A DNA stretch of 64,000 bases from Thermoplasmata archaeon (GCA_021803655.1 JAJZLK010000023.1:292-64291); one strand, 5' to 3'; positions 1 to 10,937 are shown, numbered from the stretch's first letter. A program made the numbers and translations. The notes: a model not told the origin generated them from the letters alone.

Positions 1-1625
1 TGGGCCAGTCTATAAAGCTCAGGGTTGATGAATCCTTCATTGGATCCGAGGTAGAGGTTCATGTCTGCAATTACGCCCGCAGTCAGAGGAGAGGCGACAC
101 TTGTGCCCCAGAGTTCCTGATATGAGGTCGTAGAGCCTGCAGTTATGTATATCTCCATATTGGCTCCGTCGGCCGCGACATCAGGCGTTCCCCTTCCGGA
201 TGAAACTGCCGTTATCACTGAGTTTGCATCTGCACTGTTCTGCTGCCAAACTGGTTCGGCAAAGATTGTGCTGACTCCTCCCTGTGATCCGTCTCCGGCA
301 CTTGGAGTGTTGTACCATACAGACTGTGTCGATATTCCCGTGGTTCCGCTTCCGTCAGTTGACGTGGAACCGGTAAGCTGCATTGCTGCTCCGCCCACTG
401 CAAGGGTACCGAAGTCGTTGTATGACATGGTTGCCGGGAAGCTGGGTGCAACGCTGTTGGTGTTTCCGTTATCGCCCGATGAAGCAAGAACGGTGATTCC
501 TCTCGCTGCTGCCTGCTGCTCATACTGCATCCATGTTGAATCGTTGGTATCGCTTCCTCCCCAGGAGTTGGATATTGCAACGACGTGTGAGAGTGCGTTG
601 TTGACAGATGTGTTGTAGCTCGGGTTGAGGACTGCTGCGAATGCCTGGTCAAGATTTGACTGGGTTGCAGATGGCCCGTATACTTCGACTACTGTTGCTC
701 CCGGCGCTGCGCTTCCTGCCATCTCGAGATCCAGCGTGGACTCGTAGTCAGCCTGGGACGTGTCAGAGGCTGCCGAAGATCCTGGTGGAGGAGCACCGTT
801 TATCGGGTATCCGTACACGGTTGATCTTGGCTCTCCCGACGGAGTGTTGGTATTCAGGTAGTGTGTTATGTCAGACGGTACGTAGGGTGCTACGTCAGTT
901 CCGGCACTGTTTGTTCCGGACCAGAGAATCGTTGCAATGGTTTCCCCTGTTGGGTATCCCTTTGCTGCGAATATCTTGTTGAGCTGATATGCAGCCTGCA
1001 TGTCTGCTCCGTAGAGCAGCTGTGATGATCCTGATCCGGTGAATAACGGGGAGATCGTTGCAGTGTATCCGGTGTTAAGACCGACAACACTGGAGATTGC
1101 TCCGGACGTTCCAAAGGAGAGGTACATCTGGCTCACAGGTGCGTAGTAGTTTCCGCCTGATTTGCTGAAGGTGGCAAGCTGAGTGTGGAAGACGTTCTGG
1201 AACTGTCCGAGATTCCCGGTGAGAACCATGGATGTCCTGTCCCCGTAGGTCTTCACTGCAAAGCCTTCCTTCTGGAAGTATGCCACATAGGAGAAGTATT
1301 CTGATATGCTCGGTGAGAACATGCTGATGAACTGCTGTCTCGTCAGGTACTTGTGGTACATCGGCGATGCCGGGTTCTGGAGTCCGGCAAGAACGACATT
1401 CAGTTCCTGCGAGTTCCTATAGTGCAGGGTTACTACAACGTGTGCTATCTCATTGGTGTTTATCCCGGCTATCGGTATGCCATTGGCAATTACGCCAGAT
1501 GACGCTACTGGGATCAAATTCACAGGCAAAGACTTCTGTATGGTTTGCTCCGCCCCCCAGAAACCTGTCAGGATAAAGGCTAAGGAAATGGCAATTACTA
1601 CTGCCACTAAGATCCTTTTGTCCAT
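1..1625 (-). CDS. Sedolisin-family (MEROPS S53) serine-carboxyl peptidase precursor with pro-kumamolisin-type activation domain; C-terminus runs off the window
   Basis: Not in the ORF track because no stop lies in the window. I translated the minus strand by hand from ATG 1625..1623 (MDKRILVAVVIAISLAFILTG signal/anchor) to base 1 and met no stop. Propeptide-like NPASPMYHKYLTRQQF. Catalytic-domain motifs ESTLDLEM, SNSWGG, SSGDNG and GTSVASP. Confidence 0.85.
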   Translation of the reverse strand, partial: MDKRILVAVVIAISLAFILTGFWGAEQTIQKSLPVNLIPVASSGVIANGIPIAGINTNEIAHVVVTLHYRNSQELNVVLAGLQNPASPMYHKYLTRQQFISMFSPSISEYFSYVAYFQKEGFAVKTYGDRTSMVLTGNLGQFQNVFHTQLATFSKSGGNYYAPVSQMYLSFGTSGAISSVVGLNTGYTATISPLFTGSGSSQLLYGADMQAAYQLNKIFAAKGYPTGETIATILWSGTNSAGTDVAPYVPSDITHYLNTNTPSGEPRSTVYGYPINGAPPPGSSAASDTSQADYESTLDLEMAGSAAPGATVVEVYGPSATQSNLDQAFAAVLNPSYNTSVNNALSHVVAISNSWGGSDTNDSTWMQYEQQAAARGITVLASSGDNGNTNSVAPSFPATMSYNDFGTLAVGGAAMQLTGSTSTDGSGTTGISTQSVWYNTPSAGDGSQGGVSTIFAEPVWQQNSADANSVITAVSSGRGTPDVAADGANMEIYITAGSTTSYQELWGTSVASPLTAGVIADMNLYLGSNEGFINPELYRLA

Positions 1626-1693
1626 TAAAAAGGCATATGAGGTATTGACTACTTAAAGTTTTTTTTGGTACAAACTACCCCATATAATAGTTC

Positions 1694-2608
1694 CTATCGG
1701 TGCAAGCCCATTGCCGTGAGAAGCGAGTACCCCGCAGCAACATCTTCTATTCCATTACCCATTGACTTGAATACCGTTTTTCCCGGGTAATTGCCGGAGC
1801 CTGCGTTGATGTCCTTCAGTTCAACCGGTTTTCCTCCATGCTGCACATATTCCTTTATTTCCCGCGACTCCGTCATGGCCTGCTCAAGATGTTCCACAAC
1901 CACGAGATCACTCTCAGCCAGGACGTCTGGAGAAGCCTCTCTTCTCCATGGGAGGTTGGAACCTGCGAGGTTCACGTGATACGAGTCCCCGAAATCTCCG
2001 CGATGGATTATGGGGTCGCTGGATGGCGTTACGGTGCAAACTATGTCACTGTTCGCTGTGACATCTGAAACTCTGCTTTCCGTCAGGACCTCTATCCCAT
2101 GTTCAAGCATTTTCCCTGCGAATTCCTTCGCCCTCCTTTCTGTTCTTGAATAAGCCATGACCTCCCTGAGCTTGAATACCGAAGCATGTGCAAGAAGCTG
2201 TGATTCTGCCTGATAGCCTGCACCGATCAGCCCGATGGAGATTTCTTTCTTTCGTACAAGCATGGAGCTGGCAAGGGCTGATAGTGCGCCGGTCCTGACC
2301 TGCCCCAGCCTGTTCGCCTCGATGAGGTATGTCGTTCCGGGATCGATGTGACTGAATAGCGCAACGATAAATCTTGCCTTCGACTGGTTTGCGAAATAAT
2401 ACTTGAGTCCACTCAACCCCATTGGATCGATCGATGCGGGCATGGTGTTCAGAATGTTTCCATTCCCCAGGGTCCTGACCCTGGACGGTGCATTGGCCTT
2501 CCCTTCCCTGAGATACTGAAAGGCTTTTCCCAGACACTCTATTACATGATCATACCTCAGGTTCTTTTCAACCTCTTCCTCCGTGATGTAGAAAGTCTTC
2601 TGTTCCAT
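1694..2608 (-). CDS. Ornithine cyclodeaminase / mu-crystallin family protein (archaeal alanine dehydrogenase-like)
   Basis: 304-aa ORF. Rossmann segment IGLIGAGYQAESQL and overall OCD/mu-crystallin layout recognised by eye. Confidence 0.8.
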   Translation of the reverse strand: MEQKTFYITEEEVEKNLRYDHVIECLGKAFQYLREGKANAPSRVRTLGNGNILNTMPASIDPMGLSGLKYYFANQSKARFIVALFSHIDPGTTYLIEANRLGQVRTGALSALASSMLVRKKEISIGLIGAGYQAESQLLAHASVFKLREVMAYSRTERRAKEFAGKMLEHGIEVLTESRVSDVTANSDIVCTVTPSSDPIIHRGDFGDSYHVNLAGSNLPWRREASPDVLAESDLVVVEHLEQAMTESREIKEYVQHGGKPVELKDINAGSGNYPGKTVFKSMGNGIEDVAAGYSLLTAMGLHR

Positions 2609-2656
2609 TTTTCACAGATCGATTCACCGTTATATATCATGCTTGAATAAACGGCT

Positions 2657-2953
2657 ATGGAACATGACCTCCCTTCGATAGAGGAGAAAAAACTTATCGA
2701 TTACATCAACGCAAACAGGTCTTACATCCTCAAGAAGAACGGTGATGGAGTGGAGTTGAGGTTTGTCCCAAGTTTCCCTGAAGCCCAGAATCATTTTCCG
2801 AATGGAGAGGAAGTTGAGCATATCATGGTTGGGTTCACGAGCAACGGAAGGATATACTTCACCCGCTTCATAACAAGAAGCAGTTTCGGTGAGACAGTGA
2901 CAGAACTGAGCGGGGAAGACGATCCCGTAATGCTGTGGCTCAAGTTCGTCTAG
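2657..2953 (+). CDS. Hypothetical protein (98 aa)
   Basis: Only ORF filling the gap between flanking minus-strand genes. No recognisable motif. Confidence 0.4.
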   Translation: MEHDLPSIEEKKLIDYINANRSYILKKNGDGVELRFVPSFPEAQNHFPNGEEVEHIMVGFTSNGRIYFTRFITRSSFGETVTELSGEDDPVMLWLKFV

Positions 2954-3894
2954 AGAAGCGGACCAAGCATCAGCGGGAGTATTACGGTGGCGTCGCCATA
3001 AACGTTAACGAACTCGGCTTCCTCCCTCACTTTCTTCCAGGATATGGCCTCCTCCAGTTTTGCTCCGGAGAGCGATCCATCGTATTCTTGTGCGGTGGTC
3101 ACATATACCGCATAATCAAGTCCTTCCCTGAACTGGTTCCACCAGATTGTGTGGTGTTTCGAAATACCACCGCCAATCATGAGGGCTCCAGTTTTCTTCG
3201 CGTCGAAGATAATATCGGATAACTCGTGCTCGTCTGCCAGCAGGTTCACCTGGAAATCCCTGTTTCTCTCGTAGAATGACCACAGCTGCGATCCGAATGA
3301 CCCATCAGTTATTCCCGGAACGAAGACCGGAATGCCGTTCTTTGCGGCATTATAAAGTATCGAGTCCGTGGACCCGATTTTCTGCGATATTCTCGATATG
3401 AGTTCGGCGCATCCCCATGTCTTCTTTTCAGCATACAGTTCATCCAGGGCAGGTTGAACAAAACCCTCTACTGCCTCACCATAGCTTGAGTCCGGGATGA
3501 AGACGTTTCCAAGCCTGTTGATGTCCAGGTTCCTGAGGTAACTGTCGCTGATGTCGAATGTTCCGCAGTAGTACGGCTTGACAGCCCTGGCTATGTCATG
3601 ATCCAGGGTACCTGCAGTGGTTATTATCACATCAACGAGTTTCTTTTTCACAAGCTGGTTGATCAGACCCCTGGTGCCGGTAGATATTATGTCCGCAGGG
3701 AAAGAAAGGAAGGTGGTGTTATCTTCCGAGAACATCTTTTCCAGTATGGATGTCCCCCTTGCGACCTTTGGTGCGACAAACCCTCCGCTCTTCTGCATCA
3801 TTCCATAGAGTTCTGAAAGTGTGGTTGATGATGAGATTTCAAGATCCTGCACAACAGTCTTCAGGAGTTCCTCTCTGTCCATTGTGTTCTTCAT
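2950..3894 (-). CDS. dys: Deoxyhypusine synthase
   Basis: 314 aa. Motifs GGGISKHHTIWWNQF and IITTAGTLDHD are typical of deoxyhypusine synthase. Confidence 0.9.
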   Translation of the reverse strand: MKNTMDREELLKTVVQDLEISSSTTLSELYGMMQKSGGFVAPKVARGTSILEKMFSEDNTTFLSFPADIISTGTRGLINQLVKKKLVDVIITTAGTLDHDIARAVKPYYCGTFDISDSYLRNLDINRLGNVFIPDSSYGEAVEGFVQPALDELYAEKKTWGCAELISRISQKIGSTDSILYNAAKNGIPVFVPGITDGSFGSQLWSFYERNRDFQVNLLADEHELSDIIFDAKKTGALMIGGGISKHHTIWWNQFREGLDYAVYVTTAQEYDGSLSGAKLEEAISWKKVREEAEFVNVYGDATVILPLMLGPLL

Positions 3895-3958
3895 CTTTCA
3901 GGGGTTCTTAACCTGATCGCAGCGAGTCAGTTATTAATGGCGAAGTCCTGAAGGTTTC

Positions 3959-4450
3959 ATGGATCAGGTTCTCTTTGCCATAGTGCTCTGGATTCACCTT
4001 TTCTTCGCAATAATTTTCATCGGGGGCTCGTTCTTCATATGGATCGTGGTATGGCCATCATCCTTCGATCTTGCAGAAGATGAGAAGTTTCGAACAAAAA
4101 TTGTTGGCACGATGTCGAAGAGGTTTGCATTCTTCACCAATATCTCGGTGGGAATACTGATTGTTACAGGACTGAACCTGGCCTACCAGATGTTTGGGAC
4201 CACTCCGGATCTTCTCTCAACTGTTGGTGGGCAGATACTGTTTGCCAAGGTCGTTGTGGTGGCAGTTGCGCTTTGTATAATGTATTACAATAACATGGGT
4301 CATGCTAAGAAAATAAAATTGCTAGTTGAGGAAAATAAGATGGATGAAGTCTCAAGGTTGAGGAAGAGAGCCCATCTCTTTTCCTTCCTGACCCTTGGAC
4401 TTCTTGTGATTGTAACGATCCTGGCTTCCCTTCTTCAGGTATTTGCCTGA
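3959..4450 (+). CDS. Integral membrane protein, possibly CopD-like
   Basis: 163 aa with 4 predicted TM helices. N-terminal LWIHLFFAIIFIGGSFF resembles the CopD-type helix. Family call is weak. Confidence 0.5.
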   Translation: MDQVLFAIVLWIHLFFAIIFIGGSFFIWIVVWPSSFDLAEDEKFRTKIVGTMSKRFAFFTNISVGILIVTGLNLAYQMFGTTPDLLSTVGGQILFAKVVVVAVALCIMYYNNMGHAKKIKLLVEENKMDEVSRLRKRAHLFSFLTLGLLVIVTILASLLQVFA

Positions 4451-5014
4451 TTACCTTGCAGATGCCGAGATCCTTTCCATTTCCTCTTTCTTGCTTACTG
4501 CGTAGGATCCGCCCTCATTTTTTGCGCCGAGTATTATCTCGTCCGCAAGACAGTCCGCAATGGGCTTCTTGCTCTTGTAGGACGCACTTGTGGCCCCCTT
4601 TGCAATGTTTCTCAGGGCAATATCGAGTCTCCTGCTCGGGGACACATCAACGGCCTTTGGAACTGCTATTCCGCCATACTTGAGTCTTGTAACTTCCTCT
4701 CTGGGTGCCGCGTTCTCTATGGCGTTGATCAGTACCTGTACGGGATTCTCCTTGGTCTTCAGTGCAACCTTCTCGAAGGCTTCCTTCATGACCCTGTATG
4801 CACTGTATTTCTTGCCGGTCCACTTCTCCGACCGCATGAGTTTGTTGAGCAGCCGCTCAAGAGTGTTCATGTTACGTTTTCCTGCCGAGTAGCTTGAATA
4901 TCTTCCTCCCGAGTGCAGGTTTATCGTTGCCGTCAGGTTGATGTACGTGCTGATGCCCTGATCGTGGACGAGAACCTCGTTTACGGGATAGAGACCGAAT
5001 ACTTTCTGATCCAT
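4451..5014 (-). CDS. rps7: 30S ribosomal protein S7 (uS7)
   Basis: 187 aa. [27 protein letters not shown] is a typical archaeal uS7 signature. Start overlaps the stop of S12. Confidence 0.93.
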   Translation of the reverse strand: MDQKVFGLYPVNEVLVHDQGISTYINLTATINLHSGGRYSSYSAGKRNMNTLERLLNKLMRSEKWTGKKYSAYRVMKEAFEKVALKTKENPVQVLINAIENAAPREEVTRLKYGGIAVPKAVDVSPSRRLDIALRNIAKGATSASYKSKKPIADCLADEIILGAKNEGGSYAVSKKEEMERISASAR

Positions 5015-5442
5015 TACCTCACCGCCTTCTCCTTTCTGCCTCTTACAAGTTCCCTGAGTGAGATGTCGTTAACCTTGATCACCTTGTATCTAACTCCAGG
5101 AATGTCTCCCTTACTCCTGCCCATTCTTCCGCCTATACCTTCGACCATGACCTCGTCATGCTCGTCAATGTAGTTGATTGCTCCATCTCCCGTTGCAAAA
5201 GCAGTTATCTGTCTTCCGTTCTTTATAAGTTGAACTTTAACACATTTCCTGATTCCGGAGTTGGGCTGTTTGGCCTCAATTCCTATCTTCTCGATAACTA
5301 TGCCCTTTGCCTGGGATGCCCCCTCGAGGGGATCACTCTTCTTTTTTAGCTGCAGGACTCTCCTCTTGTAGTCTCGGTCAGACCACCTGTATTTCTTTCT
5401 TCCCTTTACCAGATTTGACCCTGCGTTTTCTCCGTTTCCCAA
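5014..5442 (-). CDS. rps12: 30S ribosomal protein S12 (uS12)
   Basis: 142 aa. [25 protein letters not shown] and [17 protein letters not shown] start preceded by GGTGAT Shine-Dalgarno-like sequence. Confidence 0.93.
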   Translation of the reverse strand: MGNGENAGSNLVKGRKKYRWSDRDYKRRVLQLKKKSDPLEGASQAKGIVIEKIGIEAKQPNSGIRKCVKVQLIKNGRQITAFATGDGAINYIDEHDEVMVEGIGGRMGRSKGDIPGVRYKVIKVNDISLRELVRGRKEKAVR

Positions 5443-5620
5443 CAGATCACCTTTAACGTTATTGATGCGGAAACCCCATTAAGACGACAATATTTAATCT
5501 ATCGCTATCACGGTCGGGTGACCCGGTACGGTTGGGAACGGCGATATGGCTCTCTCTGCCTGATCAGGCGGCAATCCGATTCCGGTAAAGTGATTATGCA
5601 GTATTCCATGTCACTCTATC

Positions 5621-6196
5621 ATGGAATGCTGCAAGCATGTTGATGACAGGCATTTCTCTCCCCTTTTCTTCAGGGCAATAAATGCAATAAGAAGGGTTGT
5701 CAGCCCAGCGGGAAGAGCTGTCAGACCTTACGTTCGGGAAGGTTTTACTGTAGCAGACCTCGGTTCAGGTCCCGGATATTTCACTGCATATCTTTCCCGC
5801 CTCGCGGGAACCTCTGGGAAGGTCATTTCCGTAGATTCAGATCCAAGAATGATACGCTACCTGGAAAGGTTTGTTTCCAGGAAGCGTCTGGAAAACGTGA
5901 CCTGCAGGGTTGCCTCTGCCACTGATGTCGGTTTCATTCCTGATTCCTCGGTTGATTTTGTTCTTTCAAGCGGAACCATCTGCTGCCTCCTCGATCATGA
6001 TCGGGCAGTCTCTGAGATCATCAGGATACTGAAGGACACTGGGACAGCCATCATAGCTGTAGGAAAGCACCTTCCTGCATCCGACCCCAGAACCGTTTCG
6101 AAGGAGGAGTGGAACAGAATCCTTTCAAGATTCAACGTTGCCGAGACCATAGAGACGCATCTTGAACTCAGGGCAGCGGTCTCAAAGAGGAAATGA
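5621..6196 (+). CDS. Class I SAM-dependent methyltransferase
   Basis: 191 aa. Motif I VADLGSGPGYF followed by acidic post-I VISVDSD. Confidence 0.75.
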   Translation: MECCKHVDDRHFSPLFFRAINAIRRVVSPAGRAVRPYVREGFTVADLGSGPGYFTAYLSRLAGTSGKVISVDSDPRMIRYLERFVSRKRLENVTCRVASATDVGFIPDSSVDFVLSSGTICCLLDHDRAVSEIIRILKDTGTAIIAVGKHLPASDPRTVSKEEWNRILSRFNVAETIETHLELRAAVSKRK

Positions 6197-6217
6197 GCTC
6201 ATTGCGCTGGTTGACGC

Positions 6218-7387
6218 CTATGCTTTGGCAACAATCCTGATGATGTCTCCATCGGCCAGAGGATGATCCCGTCCCACTACCATGCCCGTCCGGCAGTTTA
6301 TCGCCTTTATGAATCCCCTGCCTATATCAGTATGGACCTTGAAGGCAAGGTCCTCGGCAGTGGTCCCCTCCGGCATGAGAAATGCATCCGGAAGGATGTT
6401 CCCTTCCTTGTCTGTCCACTTCTTGTCATCGTATACCGGATAAACGACCATGAGTTTCAGGTGTTTTTTCACGGTATCAGAAATGACGTTCCTGAGCCGC
6501 TTGACCCAGTCCCTTGAGAAGACCGCATTGATCTTTTCTATCGCTGCCAGCTGCGCCTCCCTGAGCTGTCCTGCAGGTTCAAGAACGTTTCCTGCATCCT
6601 TTACAAGTCCATTCTTTACCGCCCTTGAAGCTGCAAGTTCAAAGTCTCCGCTTACAAGATATGATTCCGGGCTCGTGCGAGGAGGCTTTTCCAGAAGATC
6701 TGCCTTGTTTCCAAGAAGTATCACAGGTTTCGTAATTTCAAACATCTTCCTTGAAAACTCAATGAAATCCGTCTCTTTCCATAGGATAAACTTCGCCGGG
6801 AAAGAACCGGAAGAGAGGATCGCCTGGACCTTTCCCTGAGATACCCCGAACGACGAGATCTTCTCCATGATGGACTGCAGTGGGGGATGGCCGGATGAAT
6901 CTGCCTTCCTTGCAAATTTGTCCCAGCCTGATGATATCTTTGAGGCAAACCACGTTTCCATCTCATTTCTTACCATCGCTATTTCAGAGTCAAGTATGTC
7001 CGCAGCGTCCTCTGTTACCGATCCGTCCATGGCGGTGCGTCCCGATGCATCAAACACAAGGAGGATTGCATCCGAATCCCTGATGTTTTCAAGGAACTCG
7101 TTTCCCATTCCCTTCCCCTGGCTCGCGCCTTCTATGAGACCGGGCACGTCAATAACCGTGATGGGGACAAATCTGCGTCCTGATTTGCAGTATCCCTCCC
7201 GTGGGTTGCATTGAGTTCCCAGGGATACATGTGGACAGTCGACCGGAAAATATGTGACTCCAACGTTCGGTTTTATAGTGGTGAACGGGTAGTTGCCGAT
7301 CTCAGCACTTCCTTCCGTGAGTGCGGAGAACAGGGTGCTCTTCCCCACGTTAGGTTTTCCTATGAGACCTATTTTGGGACCTGACAT
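6218..7387 (-). CDS. Obg/YchF(OLA1)-like GTP-binding protein with C-terminal TGS domain
   Basis: 389 aa. P-loop GKPNVGKST, G3 DVPGLIEGA, NKADL, and a C-terminal TGS-like segment (GDIIRI). Confidence 0.85.
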   Translation of the reverse strand: MSGPKIGLIGKPNVGKSTLFSALTEGSAEIGNYPFTTIKPNVGVTYFPVDCPHVSLGTQCNPREGYCKSGRRFVPITVIDVPGLIEGASQGKGMGNEFLENIRDSDAILLVFDASGRTAMDGSVTEDAADILDSEIAMVRNEMETWFASKISSGWDKFARKADSSGHPPLQSIMEKISSFGVSQGKVQAILSSGSFPAKFILWKETDFIEFSRKMFEITKPVILLGNKADLLEKPPRTSPESYLVSGDFELAASRAVKNGLVKDAGNVLEPAGQLREAQLAAIEKINAVFSRDWVKRLRNVISDTVKKHLKLMVVYPVYDDKKWTDKEGNILPDAFLMPEGTTAEDLAFKVHTDIGRGFIKAINCRTGMVVGRDHPLADGDIIRIVAKA

Positions 7388-7402
7388 TTCCCTTTCCCGG
7401 TA

Positions 7403-7834
7403 TTACTCCACCTTTACGCGCCTGATGTCGTAACCCTTAGGGCACTCAAGTTTCTCCTCCACGGCCATAATTGTCACCTTTGCACCCTCCCTCACGTGCA
7501 TCATGTTGCACGCCTCAATGTGAGGACAGGTGAACCGGTCACAGTTCACGGGCTCCAGAATTATTAGGGAACCATTCTGTATTTTCTGGCTGTATCTCAC
7601 GTTAGCGTGCTGATCGAGTTCCTCCACCTCTATAGCTCTCACCGTGTCCTTTTCATACACGTTACAGGGGTGTTCCTTTGCCCTTACAGACTTTATCCGG
7701 TAGTCCCTGCCCGGTTCCAGGTTAAAACACACGTTCTTCACCTTGCACCCGGAGCATTCTTTCAGTGGCTGAACAAAGGTAAATTCGAGACCTTCTTTCG
7801 CCAGTTCCACGCCGATAAGGCTAATTTTTCCCAT
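7403..7834 (-). CDS. UPF0179-family archaeal protein (Cys-rich, function unknown)
   Basis: 143 aa. N-terminal ISLIGVELAKEGLEFTF..CSGCKVKNVCFNLEPGRDYRI matches my recollection of the UPF0179 family. Confidence 0.65.
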   Translation of the reverse strand: MGKISLIGVELAKEGLEFTFVQPLKECSGCKVKNVCFNLEPGRDYRIKSVRAKEHPCNVYEKDTVRAIEVEELDQHANVRYSQKIQNGSLIILEPVNCDRFTCPHIEACNMMHVREGAKVTIMAVEEKLECPKGYDIRRVKVE

Positions 7835-7844
7835 GTATTCATCC

Positions 7845-8903
7845 TCAAATAATTCCGGTTATTTCGAGTGCCTTTTCAGAGGCACTGCGTCCAAGATCCG
7901 TGTCTCCAAGTATTGTGAATCTCTCTGGTCTTATGTTGTGTGCCTCGCTGAGGGCCTTTATCACGTCCTCGTGAGAAAGACCATAGTCCTTTGCCTTTAT
8001 GGAGAGATGTAGTGTTTCAAACGCATCCCGTATTCTTTCCCAGTCTCCACCGTGGAGATACATAGACACAACCGTGCCCATTGCACAGTATTCCCCGTGG
8101 ATGGCGCTTCCCTTCCCCTGCATTTCAAGCGCATGCGAAAAAAGGTGCTCACTGCCGCTGGCCGGCCTTGATGATGATGCAATAGCCATTGCAGTGCCGG
8201 AGGCCAGGATCTGTTTTACAACGAGCCAGACTGATTCTTCCACCCCGGGCAATATCATGTTTACCTTTTCAAGAAGTTCGTGCGACGCATATTCTGCAAG
8301 TGCGGCCGAACTGCTGCTCATCTCCTCGCCCCGCAGACGATGGGCCAGTTTCCAGTCCAGTACGGCAGTCTCATTGGATATTACATCTGCAGCTCCGGCA
8401 GCAAGATACCTGAACGGTGCCTTGACCATTACGGAGGTGTCTGCAATGATCGCAATGGGCATCACGGCGTTCTCGGAAAGAAAATGGTTGTCTCTCTTGA
8501 GGGACGCTCTTGGTGAGGCAATACCATCATGGCTAGGCGAAGTTGGAACACTTATATATGAGATTCCAAGATCAAATGCGACCTTCTTTGTCAGGTCTAT
8601 CTTTGAGCCTCCACCCACTCCGATCAGGATACCGGGCGATATATTCCTGATTTCGGATTCAATCTTGTCAAGATTCTCAGAGTTCGCTCCACCCGTCCTG
8701 ATCACTGAAGTCTTCATTCCCGACGTGGAGAGACTATCTTCAACCTCCTTTCCCGCGAGCTTGTACGTTATGTCGCCGGTAATTATTGTTGCGGAAGCGG
8801 AGCGGGCATAGCGTGAAGCTAATTCATATACCTGCCCCAGCACCCTGTGTCCCACAAGAACCTCTCTGGGAAACTGCATCACTTTGAATTTTTCGAATTG
8901 CAT
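7845..8903 (-). CDS. egsA: Glycerol-1-phosphate dehydrogenase [NAD(P)+]
   Basis: 352 aa. Iron-ADH-like fold motifs GVGGGSKIDL and SGSEHLFSHALE. N-terminus FPREVLVGHRVL is typical of archaeal G1PDH. Confidence 0.88.
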   Translation of the reverse strand: MQFEKFKVMQFPREVLVGHRVLGQVYELASRYARSASATIITGDITYKLAGKEVEDSLSTSGMKTSVIRTGGANSENLDKIESEIRNISPGILIGVGGGSKIDLTKKVAFDLGISYISVPTSPSHDGIASPRASLKRDNHFLSENAVMPIAIIADTSVMVKAPFRYLAAGAADVISNETAVLDWKLAHRLRGEEMSSSSAALAEYASHELLEKVNMILPGVEESVWLVVKQILASGTAMAIASSSRPASGSEHLFSHALEMQGKGSAIHGEYCAMGTVVSMYLHGGDWERIRDAFETLHLSIKAKDYGLSHEDVIKALSEAHNIRPERFTILGDTDLGRSASEKALEITGII

Positions 8904-8940
8904 TACTTACCCCTCATTACCTGCTACCGTTATTTAATGA

Positions 8941-9798
8941 TCACTTTTTTACCGATGTTCCTGTCGACATTTGCCTGTTCGCGTGCCAAGCGTGTTCTTT
9001 TCTGTTTACAGCAATAAGACCTACCGGGTCCGTAAAGCCGGAGATTTCCTCCCTGAGTACGTCAAGAAGGGAGTCTTCATTTATCCTCAAATATACATTG
9101 TAACAGAGGATTCTCTTAATTATCTCCTCTCCAACACCCGTGGCAACCACTGCCCCTTCGCTTCCGACGTAAATTCCAGCACCGGGAATCGGTACATCCC
9201 CAACCCTTCCCCTCATCATTGGAGAAGAACCGCCCGTGGATACTGCCCCGGCAAACCTTCCTGAAACTCTGGCCACCGCCCCGACTGTGTCAGTGGAGAG
9301 GTAGTCTTTAACGTTAATCAGTTTCCTGAATCCTGCTATCCGGTCTTCCTGGTTTGATGGATCTTCCAGCTTCTTAAGGGTATTCTGCATCACAATTCTG
9401 GCCCTTTCCGTTTCCGGATCGTGGAATCCATGTCCCATGATCCTCGCGAATTTTGTGGCACCGTCTCCGGAGAGTATGACGTGGGGACTCTTCAGCATGA
9501 CGTCGAGAGCGACTTTAACCGGATTCCTGACCTTTTCGATTCCGATTACCGCACCAAATTTACCGGGAACCATGACCGAAGCATCCATCTGGATCGATCC
9601 ATCAATTCTCAGGTAGGATCCCGTGCCAGCGTTGAATCGTGGATCATCTTCCATCCTGCATACCGCATTGACGGATGAATACAGTTCATCGGTGCCCAGG
9701 GATTCGGAAGCCACTTCATTCAGGAAGGAGTTCAGGGCTTCGTCGGAGCCCGCCCCGCCATGGACCAAGAGAACGCTGTTCATGTTGAAATAGGGCAT
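8941..9798 (-). CDS. Isoaspartyl peptidase / plant-type L-asparaginase (Ntn hydrolase)
   Basis: 285 aa. Autoprocessing site TDTVGAVA, plus HGGAG near the N-terminus and GAGIY. Confidence 0.85.
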   Translation of the reverse strand: MPYFNMNSVLLVHGGAGSDEALNSFLNEVASESLGTDELYSSVNAVCRMEDDPRFNAGTGSYLRIDGSIQMDASVMVPGKFGAVIGIEKVRNPVKVALDVMLKSPHVILSGDGATKFARIMGHGFHDPETERARIVMQNTLKKLEDPSNQEDRIAGFRKLINVKDYLSTDTVGAVARVSGRFAGAVSTGGSSPMMRGRVGDVPIPGAGIYVGSEGAVVATGVGEEIIKRILCYNVYLRINEDSLLDVLREEISGFTDPVGLIAVNRKEHAWHANRQMSTGTSVKK

Positions 9799-10187
9799 CT
9801 TTGAAGAGTAGTTTATTTTTTCTTTGGGGGGAGATTAATTTGAGGAGGAGCATTGATTTTATCGTGATCCATGGAATTACCATACGACGGGGGTTGATGT
9901 GGAGAATTTCTATTACGGACTATCATACCTTCACCAGTATTTCACCCCATATACTGGAAACTTCTATCTAAGCGGATTCTATGTGAATTACAGTGAACAG
10001 GAGGGATATGATTGAGCGATATTCAGGAGAATGCAGCGGTGAGAGGAATGTCCTCGGGAGATTCAATTTCCAGTCTAACAGTGACTGTTACAACACCCCT
10101 GAGGGTATTAGGCGGGTTCATGCACTATCAAAACGATAACCAACTCCAGAGCCTCTCAATGTTATCTCAGTTCACTGCACTAACACA

Positions 10188-10628
10188 ATGGGGGATGGTA
10201 GTATAAAGAGTAAGTTGAAGATCGGGATTACTGTTATCACCCTGTTGCTAGTATTGGTTTTCTTCACCCTTACACCTGTTGGAGGGGCCCTAATATCAAA
10301 GAATCCATCATCGGTTCCGTTGGAGACGGGCCAGAGGATATATCTTGGCTATCTGCCTCATCCAGTTTTCTACGTAATATTCTTTAATGTATCATCAAAT
10401 TCAACTCTGTATGGTAACTGGTCCTCAACTGAACCCGTCTCCGTAATTGTAGGAAACGGGACTGTCCAATATCCTTTCAATCCTCCATTTGCAATGGGAG
10501 GTTCGGTTGAGAAGACGGGTTTAAAGCCTGGTTCGTATTTCCTGCTTTTCGAGTGCAAACAGGGCGAGGTAGGAAGGTACAATAGTGTGGTCACTGTCAC
10601 ATCAACATTTCACATTGCTTCTTCCTGA
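10188..10628 (+). CDS. Hypothetical membrane-anchored or exported protein
   Basis: 146 aa. N-terminal TM (IGITVITLLLVLVFFTL) followed by a beta-rich domain with N-x-S/T sequons. Confidence 0.5.
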   Translation: MGDGSIKSKLKIGITVITLLLVLVFFTLTPVGGALISKNPSSVPLETGQRIYLGYLPHPVFYVIFFNVSSNSTLYGNWSSTEPVSVIVGNGTVQYPFNPPFAMGGSVEKTGLKPGSYFLLFECKQGEVGRYNSVVTVTSTFHIASS

Positions 10629-10937
10629 ATCCCCGTTTCCCAACCAACAATCAGGGATTTTAGCAGGCTCTCTCGTTGCGACGTATTTCTGACACTTTGC
10701 CTGCATCATGCTCCCGAAAACAGCTATTACTTCATAATAGGTCAGAGTGGAGGAAACGCTGGACTTGAATGTAGATTCGGCGCATGATCCCATCTTCCAG
10801 CTACGCTTCTTTCTCCTCTACCTAGGCAATATATTGTTCTGGTCAGCCATATCCATACCTTTCTGCACTACCACAGTGTGAAAAGCGACACGATATATGA
10901 TCCGGTGACATGTTAATCTAGGTAACATATTCTGGTT

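Noticed and set aside
7999-8811. 270-aa ORF on the plus strand.
   Set aside because: Entirely antisense to the well-supported egsA gene. Its Ser/Pro/Ala-rich, low-complexity composition is typical of a shadow ORF.
9799-10187. GGGGTTGATGTGG...TTTCACCCC, examined as a possible box C/D sRNA with a terminal stem.
   Set aside because: No D box (CTGA) at the required spacing and no C'/D' pair. The resemblance is limited to a TGATG pentamer.
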